Source: Tubulanus polymorphus (taxonomy: Eukaryota; Animalia; Nemertea). From it: a stretch of 64,000 bases of DNA. The stretch is from positions 10,944,485-11,008,484 of the forward strand of contig NC_134027.1 of assembly GCF_964204645.1 (NCBI RefSeq), read 5' to 3'. The notes beneath the pieces were generated by a model, which ran no database searches, had not been told where the DNA came from, and saw nothing but the letters and a program-made list of their open reading frames with translations. Made by a program: the position numbers and the translations under genes. This document shows, in pieces, positions 25,994-37,429 of the stretch (positions within the stretch are counted from its first letter, which is position 1; each line of letters begins with the position of its first letter).

Positions 25994-26737
25994 TTACGCA
26001 TTATTTTCACCGATCTCGTCTATAAGCTGCCAAACGTATCGTTCCTGATCGCAGATCATTTCGAACATATCGTCGCAAACTCCGCGTTCTTTCGCGTTGC
26101 GTTTCTCCATCTCATACAATTGACTAGAATCCAAATTCAGGTAATCCCTCCAGTTGAGAAACATCCTCGAGAACACGGATTCCGCGTCGTCGGGCTGTTC
26201 TAACCATGGATAGCTTGACGACGACGTATCTTCAATATCCTCGTTACTTGTTCGGTATTCATTCAGGAAACACAATTTCGGCAATTCGTATTTACTCTGA
26301 GGGCTGTTGTTGTAAGCGAGTGTCGGTTGTAGGCCTAATCTTTGTCCGTTTATGAAATTTGTCCGACCTGGTTTTCTATTGCCCAGGCGCGGTAGCAGTT
26401 GTTGGTTTCCAAACGGGGGTCTAGTTTGGTTCGACGTTGTAGCAGCCGTCACATACGCGCCGATCGGAAGATCGTTCGGGTATAAAACTTTAAAAAACGT
26501 TCTGGAGATCGTTTGGTGAAGGTTACTCATCAGTTCATCGGGCGTCATCAGAATATTTTCCAAAGATCTATCTTCTACGACTGCATGATTTTCGTTTTCC
26601 TGGTGGTAGAAAATATCGAAAGGAACATCGGTCAGCGTAGTGTAGAGTTGGTTATCGTTTGAATGTGGCGCGTCGCCTCCCATGCACGAAATGAGCGCTG
26701 TGACAGCTCGAGTGGTTTCTTCGGTGCCGTTCTGCAT
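25994..26737 (-). CDS. Intronless ORF of unknown function (247 aa from first ATG; frame open to 26833)
   Basis: Long open frame in AT-rich DNA with the CpG-rich texture of other coding exons here; minus-strand AATAAA near 25705; shares a promoter region with the next gene. Confidence 0.6.
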   Translation of the reverse strand: MQNGTEETTRAVTALISCMGGDAPHSNDNQLYTTLTDVPFDIFYHQENENHAVVEDRSLENILMTPDELMSNLHQTISRTFFKVLYPNDLPIGAYVTAATTSNQTRPPFGNQQLLPRLGNRKPGRTNFINGQRLGLQPTLAYNNSPQSKYELPKLCFLNEYRTSNEDIEDTSSSSYPWLEQPDDAESVFSRMFLNWRDYLNLDSSQLYEMEKRNAKERGVCDDMFEMICDQERYVWQLIDEIGENNA

Positions 26738-26824
26738 GATGCGCGCTGCCACGTGTTTGAAATGTTTGTAAACAAACCGTCGATTGTTTGGGAATTCCGC
26801 CAGCCTCGTTATCGATCTCGAAAT

Positions 26825-26854
26825 TGACGTCACGGGTTTTCCGTTTTATATAAA
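26825..26854. promoter_or_regulatory. Candidate bidirectional core promoter: palindromic CRE plus palindromic TATA
   Basis: TGACGTCA at 26825-26832 and TTTATATAAA at 26845-26854 between divergent ATGs (26737 and 26992). Confidence 0.5.
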
Positions 26855-26991
26855 CGTTGCTCGCTTTTGCGCAGAAATGCGAGATTATTACACAATCTGT
26901 GGTTCGTTATGATTGTATAAGGTGCGAATCTTTGAATTGGCATTTGGGTTTTCATTTACTTCCACGTTAAGTGCCATAAATACCGCAAAAG

Positions 26992-28801
26992 ATGGCTCAA
27001 TTAACTTTCAAACGGCTACTTTCTGTTTGTGGTTCGACTTCCGGGTTGTTGCGTAATGCATCGAAATCTGTGAGCGTTAGCAGCATCAGAAGAGGTAGGC
27101 CTACAGCCGGATTAGAACAGTATCATACAAATGATGAACAAAACAGGGACTATAAGACGCGCTTTACGAAGCGATACCGCCACGTCGCGGTTGACAACGC
27201 CGAAGAAAAAGTATCGGTCGACAAAAATTTGCATCGATTGACCGAAAAATGGGAGCTCGAGAAAGCTGCGGATTTGGTCACGCAATGTTCCTTGACGAAT
27301 AACACGAACTGTCTACCGAACGGTACCACGATTCAGGAATTACTGAAGAAATTAAGCGCGCTAGGCGATATCGATAATACGTTGCGGGTGCAAGCCGTCG
27401 CCCTGCAGCACAAAATACTGAATAAAAAACACGTTTATCGGTGGACCGCGGAGGCCTTTTACAACAGCGGAAAAATCGACGAAAGTATCAAAACGATCGA
27501 AGATTTCTACACGGAAAATAACGATTTCAAGGACATAGTGATTTTATTTTCGCAAGTTACGTTTCGGATACTGAAAGAGTTCCCCGAGAAAATCGACGTC
27601 GTCGTGAATTTCGCCGACAAAGCTTACGGATTAAGGGACCCTAAGCCGTACGCGGCGCTTTGGAAGTGCTATATCTTGGCCGAACAGTTCGAGAACGCCG
27701 ATTCGTTGCAGCAGACGTATCCGGAATTGAAGCCGTACATCGCGATGATGGTGAACGAAATTTGCCAGAAACGAGACAAAATCGAACATAACGAGATGAC
27801 GATACTGAAAAAATTAGTCGATGTTCCGGGATTGAAGCAGAAATTGACAGCGTTTCTTTATGAAATGCTACTGGATAAACTAAGTATGTATTCACTAGCA
27901 ATTGGATATTTGTGGGACGTGTGTGACATGTTTGAATAATAACCTAGGTTATCCTAATGTCAACACCCCAGGAAAATATAGGCCTATTTAAAGTAATCTG
28001 CTATACGCCATTTCCCGGCTATTGAAGGAAACTAGCAGTCACATTGGACAAACAGAACTAGTCTAGTCCTAGGAACTTTTTACTGTAAAAACTGGCTACC
28101 ACATTCATATCGAGAATTGTGAACTGCAATAAAATAAGTAATCAGTCAGGCGCGTTGGAAGCAATTTTTTATTGCTGCAGCCAAATGCTGATTTTGGACA
28201 GATTCTTAATATTGCCGCGGCGAATTGACTTAATTTCTTAAAAAACGTGGTATTCAAAGAAAAAAAGTCATTCAGTAAATTATTGCCGCGGTGTTGGCCG
28301 CTGCACTTCCAACGCCACTGTCAGTTCGTTTCTATAACTGCCAGGTCTGTAAGTGTTATAAACTTGTTATCATGATTTTAGAAGTAAATAGTTATGTACA
28401 GGGCAGATAGGCAGCCAGCTGGGTCAACTTTTAAGCTGGAATGAGAATAAGGGTACAAATATTTTTAGCTAAACCCTCCAACCGCAGGAAGAGAATCATC
28501 GGCAATCTTCGCCCGACTTAATAGGGTTCATAAAGAATGAAAATGAATATTAGATGATAATAAGATGAAGATATATCTACATTCGTGTACTTACTAAGTA
28601 ATTGAACTTAATATTTCAGTTCATGTGTTTAATTGGGATGAAACGTTGAATATTCTGCAGAAGGCGAAGGATTCTCGGGTAAAACTTCATTATTTCAAAG
28701 TGATGTCATATCTTGATACGCTGTCCAGTTATTACACTAGCGGATCGGAGAGAACAATCGTACTCGAACTACAGGAATGGGCGGAAACGTTAGCGAAGTG
28801 A
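26992..28801 (+). CDS. Mitochondrial helical-repeat (PPR/LRPPRC C-terminal-like) protein; exons 26992-27883 and 28620-28801
   Basis: N-terminus rich in Arg/Ser/Leu and free of acidic residues, like a mitochondrial presequence. Repeated helix pairs (AEAFYNSGKIDESIKTIE; YAALWKCYILAEQFENADSL). A phase-1 GT-AG intron continues the frame to a TGA at 28799-28801. Family assignment is by resemblance only. Confidence 0.65.
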
Positions 28802-29109
28802 TGAAATCCAGTGGGAGCTAAGGCCGCAAGATGCCAAGTATTCAGGTGCTGCTGAAATACTGCTTGTATGATTGACAATGTAATATCAATTTGCAGCCTG
28901 GAATCTCTCCTCGGACAAACCAACATGTTACGAAAACGGTTGGTGTGAGGCTACATTTGATATGTGTACTAATGAAAAGAGTTCCTTAGCAAGTTTTCTC
29001 AACTTTGTGATGCAATTGATACCTATTTCTCTAGCCCAGTTTTATAGACTGGTATTATCTTTAATCTGGGGGTTAACTCAATTGAAAATGGCCTGGATCC
29101 ACCGCCTTC

Positions 29110-29405
29110 ACCACATCCTTCCCCGGTAGGAATTTGAACCTGACAGCATCGAGACTCGCCACAGTATGGTACCCTGCCACACTAGGCTAGGTGCACAGCT
29201 ACATGCGCAACATAGATGATGTATTTATGAGCCAATCAGAAATCTTGAATCTGTGAAATTTGCGTTTACAAAATGGGCAGTGTCGTTGGGGCTGTGAGGT
29301 TTTCATGTGGAAAGCCTGTGCACCAGGCTAGTGTGTGGCTGGGTTTCATACCATGGTTGAGTCTGATGATGCCATTAGGTTCGAATCCCTGCCAGGGAGG
29401 ATGCC
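29110..29405. mobile_element. Two inverted copies of a tRNA-derived SINE (about 29110-29200 on -, 29318-29405 on +); other copies near 3500-3575, 31690-31785, 53435-53495, 53850-53940
   Basis: Shared consensus GCTAGTGTGGCAGGGTTTC...GATGCCATCAGGTTCGAATCCCTGCC..GGAGGATG containing A-box-like and B-box (GGTTCGAATCC) motifs. Confidence 0.65.
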
Positions 29406-30494
29406 TTCACCATTGTTGTGTGAAGTCGAGACAATCATATTTGATTGTGCAGTGATATCTTAATGTGTAACGTTCATGTTGTAGTCCGTTTCCAATAAGA
29501 TATGTCTGAAGCTTGGATGATCTAAAATTGGAAGAATGATTTAGTATCGCATGTCTTGAGAGGGAGCTTCTATCATGTACTAAACTGTGTAATAATAATA
29601 ACCTGCTTAGCCAGCTGGTTCTCTATGAAAGCGAAAATACATATTTTTGATCAAAGGCAAAGTTAAGATGATCTCACAGTGCAGAGTATTTCCTTGGTTT
29701 CTTGAAAAAAGCATTTCTCAGTGAGTAGCTGTTTGTTGTTTATTCTATTGAGATAAATATCAAGAGTGTTGTTATGTGAAATAAGTTGCTTTCCTAGTTT
29801 ATAAAATATATTCTAAACTACTGATATATTGTAGAATGCCGTTTTCGTAACGTGAAATAAAGCATACCAGGTTTATTGGTACCTTCAAAGAACTAATGGG
29901 CTAGTTGTGGGCCACTTCTAAACTTGTTGAAGCAGTAGATGATTAAACCAAGCCGCGTTCTCGATACTTAGAGAAAATAGCAAATCCAGACTACTCCGCT
30001 ACCTGTCTAGTGTCAGGGTTACAGAATAGTTCCAGAAGAGTTAGAACTCATTGTGGTCATCCAGAAATCGGAATCTGTTGCACTCAGTGGAAGCCTAGCT
30101 GAGATAACTTCAGCCTTAGCAAATCATTGAAGAAGTAATGGTCAAAATGTTCATTAAGTATAAATATACATACATGTATTACCATAGCACAAGTGTACAA
30201 TGTAAAAAATATGGTGTGAGCTAAAAATTTAAAGTACTCGGTATGGATTTATGCTTTTTGACTTGGCATTAATATTGTTAATAAATTCTATGTTTCAATA
30301 ATACAAGTTATTGTTTTAAAACTTATCGATTTCATTCTGAAGAATCTCTTAAATTGCTACGAGTCCATAATATCCGATGATTAAAAACATAATGTCAATA
30401 CTGTGAATAGATGGAATACAACTGCAAAATTCACCATTAATCATTGGGCACTGTTACGGCACTTTAGTTGAATTTAACAAGTCCTGGTTATAGA

Positions 30495-33457
30495 TCAGTT
30501 TTCCAGGAACTGTTTGACTCTTTCGTTAAATTCATCCTCATATCTCAGGTGAATATTGTGTTTTCCATTTGGGTAACGTTCCAATCTGTATAGAATAAAA
30601 ATATGTATATTTAGGTCATATTAGTAAAGTGCAAGACCATTCAACCTATGTTAGCTTATTTCCAACCCAGCGGCCTGTTCATAGCCCAGTTACTAGCTGA
30701 GCCCAGTGTTACGTACATTGAAGATAACTTAAGATAAGACTTAAGGACAAGGTACATTGCCTACCGCTAAGTCGAAATTTAAGCCTGAACATATGCCAAG
30801 AACCTACGTAACCTTAGTAAACATTATCTTGAGTTTATCAAACCCTTCATGGTAGTGAAATCAGGACGATCCCCACCTAGTTTCCGCCAGGGACCAATAA
30901 ATAGCTTTTAGGTCGAAAGTACCATTGTAGGCTATAGCAACACATTGAAACTACCGTATTTTAGGAAGCACAAGTTTCTTTACTTGTATTATTTTGAAAT
31001 TAAAGTCAAGCGCAAATCAGTCTGGAATATACTTACATTGAACCAGCTATATTTTCATGAAGGTATATTGGATGGTTTTCCGGAACAAGAGGATCTTTAT
31101 CTCCGTGAAGAATCAATGTTGGACATTTAACGTCTTTTAAATCATATTTGAATATGTTGCCTACAAATCGAAATTAGTACATTAGTACCGGTAAATATTA
31201 CTTATTTACGCATTGCTTTGCATAACATGATGCTATGAAGTTTTTGAAGCTACGTACCTTCTTCACCGTTACTCGCGTATTTCAGAATGCTTTGCACCCA
31301 TGACTCCCACAAATCTTTGAATTTCTCATATCCGTACATGTCGACGAATGGTTGTTTCATTCTGTCGCTCCATTTATTCAAATCATAAATACCTATGATA
31401 GAAGTATATAGACAAAATCCTTTTTCGCACTATCAGTCTGAATGATGTTCCCTTAAATTGTCTCATCCAAAAAATTCATTACTCAGACGCTTGAGTATGC
31501 TTTAAAGTGGAATAAGTCTACTCGAGAATTTAAATCAATCAATTAATTGTATTAATTAGCCAATCAGAAATTCTGTTCTATTTCAGCCCAAGTTTTTCCA
31601 TTTATAGTATTTCCATGAAATTTGCCTCCACAAGTATACAGCCAGCAATCTGACAGGTGCCGCAAGTTTTCGTGCGGTGAACCTTCGCATGTACCTGGGC
31701 ATTCGGGCTAGTGTGGCAGGGTTTCGTACTGGTAACCGAGTGTAGCAATACCATCAGGTTTGAATACCTGCCACGTAGGATGCTAAATACGGGGATGTTT
31801 TTGGCAAGGAACACGTCATGCTTACGGTAATCCTAAGCCCTAACAGACTTGAAGCTGAATGGCCCAGTTACTCCTATTGTATTTTATTAATCCAGTGACA
31901 GGTGTATATAAATTAAACTTAATTTGGAAGCCTAGCCAATTATAGGCGCTAACGAGAAAGCGGCCATCTATTCTGAGTGGATAGATACCATGATAACAAG
32001 CTTTGTCCTTTTCGTCGCAGTAACTGTTCGAACCCCAGACAATTAATTTGTGGACTAATTTCGGATATCGCGCGGCTAATATAACACCCGTATTTCCTCC
32101 ATCACTCCATCCCATCACCGAGAAATAGGGTTTACCAATTTTCTGCAAATATTGTTGTTCGATATGAATTTATTAAATCGTCATAATAAGTTTTAGGCTT
32201 TGCTGAAAACTTTTCGAGCAGTCGATACCTTCATAAACTCAGCAGCGACTTCAGCATCGTCGTGTAAAAATTGTTCAGTCCATTTTCGTTCGGGAGGTGT
32301 ACTCTTCCCATAACCGGGCGGATCAAATGCGACTAATGTTACATCTTTTCCCCAGTTGTGTTTCAGTTGCGGTCCAAAATCAGTTTCTCCACAGCCTATA
32401 AAACACGAAATCCAATGAACGAAACTTCTCGAGCACCAGGGGCCCGACATAAAAAGTTTTTGACCCCAAAACCTTTCGAAAAAATTAGGTTCGATTGCCG
32501 CCCGTGCCGAAGCTCACCCCAACATGAACCCTGGCTGCAAACCCTTAATTGGTTAATTACATTGCCCAAGATTTCTTGTGCGGACAGGTTGTCGCTATGC
32601 GGCTGCCGGTCTAAATGTCTAGCCAAACGTGGTGAGCTTTGGTGGGAGGCAATCAAACCCTGGCAAGCGAGGATGGGCCTAAATCTGAAACATGAGGGAA
32701 AGTCACAGACCATGTTGCCCAAGCCCCTGTGCATATTCAGGGTTTGGGCGTCGGCAACCGTCGAGATATGCGGCACCTTTGTCAGGGACCCCAATTATCA
32801 CACATTTGCTGAGGCTTGGGTAGTCATAGTCAGTCACTAGTTAGTTACCTAATCGTTGGTGGTAAGCTTTTCATAATCGGATGAGCTTATACCAACTACG
32901 TATGTGGTTTGTGAAAATATGCGATCGTGAAACTAAACCACAGTAAGGTTACTGGTTACTGACTAACTCAGTAACCTGACCGTGGTTTAGTTTCACGATC
33001 GCATATTTTCACAAACCCATCTGATTATAAAAGCTTACCACCAACGATAAAGGTAACAAACTAATAAGGCATGGGGTAAGATCTCAGACGTTCATTTTAC
33101 CCAATGCACCAGGTATCAGCAGGATTGTACGGTCAGCATTTGGATTACCAACGATCTCATAATGAATAGTTTTACCATTGACGTCAACCAAATGGCTTGA
33201 TCTACAAAAATGACCAAATGCCACATTTTTGAGGGCCTTATGTTGTTTTTTAAAGTTGACAAGAAAAAACAGGACGAGCAAAAAATGATCGAAATTGTGA
33301 GTAACGTAATTCTAAATTCTGTTTCAAACGTTCAAGGTATTTATTCACTAGTTGACACTCACAAATAAGGCGTACTGAAATGGAATTTCCTGACCAAACT
33401 TCCCAACGTTTTAGTGTTTCGAAAAAGATTCGAAATCTTTAGTGCAGAAATATTCAT
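30495..33457 (-). CDS. BPHL: Valacyclovir hydrolase / biphenyl hydrolase-like serine hydrolase, copy A; exons 33363-33457, 33101-33201, 32229-32395, 31989-32142, 31258-31392, 31037-31160, 30495-30585
   Basis: Mitochondrial-type leader, LIPGALG, TDFGPQL, AFDPPGYGKS, nucleophile GWSDGG, acid HGDKDP, base GKHNIHLRY; all phases consistent. Confidence 0.9.
32836..33064. mobile_element. Fold-back element (two inverted arms of about 110 bp) in a BPHL-A intron; solo arm at about 43991-44108
   Basis: TAGTTAGTTACCTAATCGTTGGTGGTAAGCTTT...GATCGTGAAACTAAACCAC mirrored by GTGGTTTAGTTTCACGATC...AAAGCTTACCACCAACGAT. Confidence 0.8.
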
Positions 33458-35323
33458 TTTGAGAGCTGTCACGAACCGGTTCTCACAAACCTTGAACCAT
33501 GATGTGGCGCCACCTCTCCAATGTTTTGTAGATATAATTAAGATAGTAAAGTCGAGACCCAACAAATGATTTAATTTTGGAGATTATATTTTCGTGTATT
33601 CATACTCTAGACTATTGAATTATAGATTTATATCTGTGGTCGATTTTTTAGTACAACAGTTTTTTTTTTATATTTGAGATGCGTGTTCGATCGAAACGGG
33701 TAAAGAATCTACCGGTACCGGTACTAAAAAAGTACAAAATTAGAATCTGAAATTAGTAATCAAATTCATATGCGTGGACTTAACAGCCTGCTCAATAACA
33801 TGTGACAATGTATACGGCTACTCTCAAGAACCCTCACCTACTGCAGACCCAGACAGAAAGTCTGATATCAAATGTTCCGCTTGTTTATTTAATATGGCCC
33901 TCTTGTACGGTAACAATTAACCCATGCAAGAATTGAAATTAATTGCAGGAAGATGTACTGATACTTAACGATGAAATATATCCTCGCTGAAATGAGTTTG
34001 AATGGTGATTATTTATTTAATTTTTCTCGCACCGACGTTTTGGTTAAGATTATTGTATTTTCGCAATGAGGAAAAGAAAAGTGTCATAACAGACAGAATT
34101 GGAAAAAATTACAGCATTCTTTTATTTTTACACCTGGTTTTTCTTATAGTAATTTTCGCTAAGTTATAGCCGGGCATCCCCACGGCGTCGCACCCGAAGA
34201 GCTGGAACTATCAAATAAATTCAGGGCAACATCGATCGAACGATTTTGGTGCCGTATAACGCATGATACTTAATTTACAGTTCGATTGGTAGATTTTCTG
34301 AGTTCTTGCTCTTCGAAACGATGTACCGTACATGTATTGTACAACATCTGCTATATTATAATATAGTGAAGAATTATTACGGTCGGATGTGTCTCGAGGG
34401 AGAGGGGATACATGCTTTCAAGCCAAGTCTTGGAAAAGCATCTGTGTCGGTGTCGTTTGACAAGAACAAGTTTCAAGTTTCAAGTTTGTTTATTCATCAT
34501 AATCAAATGACATGATCGTCAATGAAAAGCGAATTAGAAGAAAACAAAATAATATATATATACAATACTAGGATTACAAAAATATTTACAAGAAAGAGTG
34601 CGATGATTCCGAACATAGTTACCGTACTCGGTTACTCGGAAGTGGTATTGAAGCAAACTTCACCGAGTTGAGAATCGGGAAATTGAGCTTGATTTTAGCC
34701 CACTTGGAACTCACGCACTTTCCATTTGTTCGTCGCCAGTATTTCCTTCTTTCCTTCACAGTATCTAATATTGGAACTGGTGCCTGGGAATTTTTGTAGC
34801 CGCAATCATTTCCCAAAATTGTGGCTAATTGACAAGTGCTATTGATTGTGACGAGTATTGTACGAAGTTAAATTCATCTCACAATGTGTAGGCCTAATAA
34901 TTTCTTGGTTGGAACTATCAGTTACTGTTTGTTGTTTATTCTATGAGATTCCGCTGTATAGCAAAAGCAGAGTGCTCTACCAGCCTTATAACAGGGTGAC
35001 GGATTATTCTATTCCAGAATAATGTAGTTAGAGATTATTCTGGTCTGCCTAGGATACTTACAGCCTCATAAAATCAATAGAATCAATGAAGTAATTGGTA
35101 AAATGTTCAATAAATATAAATGTATATTTATTTCCGTAGCCCAAGTATACAATATAAAAGATATGCTGAGCGAAAAAGATATAAAATAGACTTATGCTTG
35201 GCACTGATATTTTAAATAAATTCTACACCTATGTTCATACATATAACTTTAGAATTTCCTTATTGTTGCAAGTTTATGATATATCAGATGATCTAAAACA
35301 AAGTATTTCAATTTCACTGTATC

Positions 35324-35970
35324 AATAAAATACATGCTAATACCGTGTATCAATAACATACACGCTTAAACTGTGTATGAATAAAATACATGCTAATAAC
35401 GTGTATCAATAAAATACATGCTAATACCGTGAATCAATACACGCTTAAACGGTGTATGAATAAAATACATGCTAATAACGTGTATCAATAAAATACATGC
35501 TAATACCGTGTATCAATAACATACACGCTTAAACTGTGTATGAATAAAATACATGCTAATAACGTGTATCAATAAAATACATGCTAATACCGTGTATCAA
35601 TAACATACACGCTTAAACTGTGTATGAATAAAATACATGCTAATAACGTGTATCAATAAAATACATGCTAATACCGTGTATCAATAACATACACGCTTAA
35701 ACTGTGTATGAATAAAATACATGCTAATACCACGTGTCAATAAAATACATGCTAATACCGTGTATCAATAAAATACATGCTAATACCGTGTATCAATAGA
35801 ATACATGCTAATACCGTGTATCAATAGCTAATACTGTTTACACTGTAAATAAAATTGCTTAAACTGTGCATACCGGTAAATAAAACATGTGCTTATACTG
35901 TGTATCAATAGAATACATGCTAATACTGTGTATAAATAAAAAACATGTATAAACTGCGTATAAATAAAAT
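35324..35970. repeat. 28-bp minisatellite with an 84-bp trimeric higher-order structure
   Basis: Monomers A=AATAAAATACATGCTAATACCGTGTATC, B=AATAACATACACGCTTAAACTGTGTATG and A'=AATAAAATACATGCTAATAACGTGTATC repeat as A-B-A' four to five times, then degenerate. Confidence 0.92.
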
Positions 35971-37429
35971 ATACTAGATACAAGAAACTTTATTGAGTCT
36001 TAAGACAATACAATATATCATATCAACATTTGCACTAAAAAGTAGGACAATACACAGATGTCACTGTTCAATCATCAAGTTACATTAATTATTTAATACG
36101 CTGCTCGAATCCACATAGATGGCAGCACATGTGTTTCATCCCCTAACATCAACAATACACAACCACAGGGGCCTTGCCACACTTTGACAATGGATGGACG
36201 ATACCAGTATCTCCATATAAAAAGATTGGGACACTGGCATCCCTCCATCCACCATCAAACCGCGACAAGCCCCTGTGTACAAAACAAGAGTCTTCTATTA
36301 GGCAGAATTATTATATTTCACTGAATAGCATTCTTGCAAAAATTTCATGCACGGTACCGGTATGTCAACTTCTTGTGATCCTTACATTATTTAACATTTT
36401 TCTTCATTAGAAAGATAATCAAAGTCAACAACAAAGTTGAATTACTTTTCAAATAAAACCTCTCTGTTTTTGGAATCTGGAGCAGTCAGTACAAAAGTAT
36501 ACTGCGTATTTATAAAATACCAGAGGTGGAGATCCAGTATGGGAGCGTTCCCATCTTACGTACCTCTATTGGGGGGAAGGGGGTTACTGAATTTTGGTAC
36601 AAAGTGGTACATGGGGGAGGGAGGTCAGCATAAAAGGTAGTACTTTGAGGGAGGGGGTATTAATCAATTTTGGTCAGGGTCCAATCTAAGTACTCGTCCG
36701 GGACAAGTATATTTCTAGTGCAAGTGGGTTATCATTATCACTTGTCAACTGGATGAGTGCAACTTTACGTCTCAAAGCTTTTTTCCCACTGGGTACAACA
36801 AATGATTGTGCCACCAGTCTGTCTAGCTGTGTAGGGCAAGTTGATATTTGAGGGGGTCAAGTGAAATTTCAGATAGGTATGCTCCACCGGCAAGTGGCTT
36901 TTAATTCTTTAGATCGGACCCTGTTGGTATGTACTTTACGCACCAAACTCAAATGAAAATAGCCGATACTGGTGTTTTACAGTGGAACCTCGTTACAACA
37001 AACTTCACGGGACCAGAGAATATGTTCGTTATAACCAATAGTCCGTTAAATCCAGTATGAAATTAATTGAATTTTCTTACTTGGGACGTAATTCTATATT
37101 TGTTATATCTGTTGAATCGTTGTATCCGAGTTCGTTATCAGCTTTTAGAACCTGGTATATAAAATCAATAAACAACAATAATTGCTTAATTCAGGTATTT
37201 ATATTTTGTTCTGATTTCTGTTTGGATCATGGGTGCCATGGTACGTACCTAAGAGGGGGTCAGTGAATTTGGTACAAAGGTGGTACGAGGGGGGTCAGAA
37301 GAACAGGAGATTTTGCGGTACGTAATTTGTGAACGCTCCCTAACCAGAAACCGGAATTGAATTATTATAGGAATCGTAAAATTGTTCAGACACATGTGAG
37401 TTGAATTTAACAAGCCCTGGTTTCATTAA

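Noticed and set aside
29300-29410. B-box GGTTCGAATCC as a tRNA gene (also near 53910)
   Set aside because: No cloverleaf; belongs to a multi-copy diverged SINE family.
32358-32840. 160-aa and 132-aa ORFs in a BPHL-A intron
   Set aside because: Lie in a GC-richer insertion missing from BPHL-B; no domain motif, probably a non-coding transposon.
35324-35970. 28-bp repeats as a CRISPR array
   Set aside because: Monomers are contiguous and mutually homologous with no unique spacers; it is a minisatellite.
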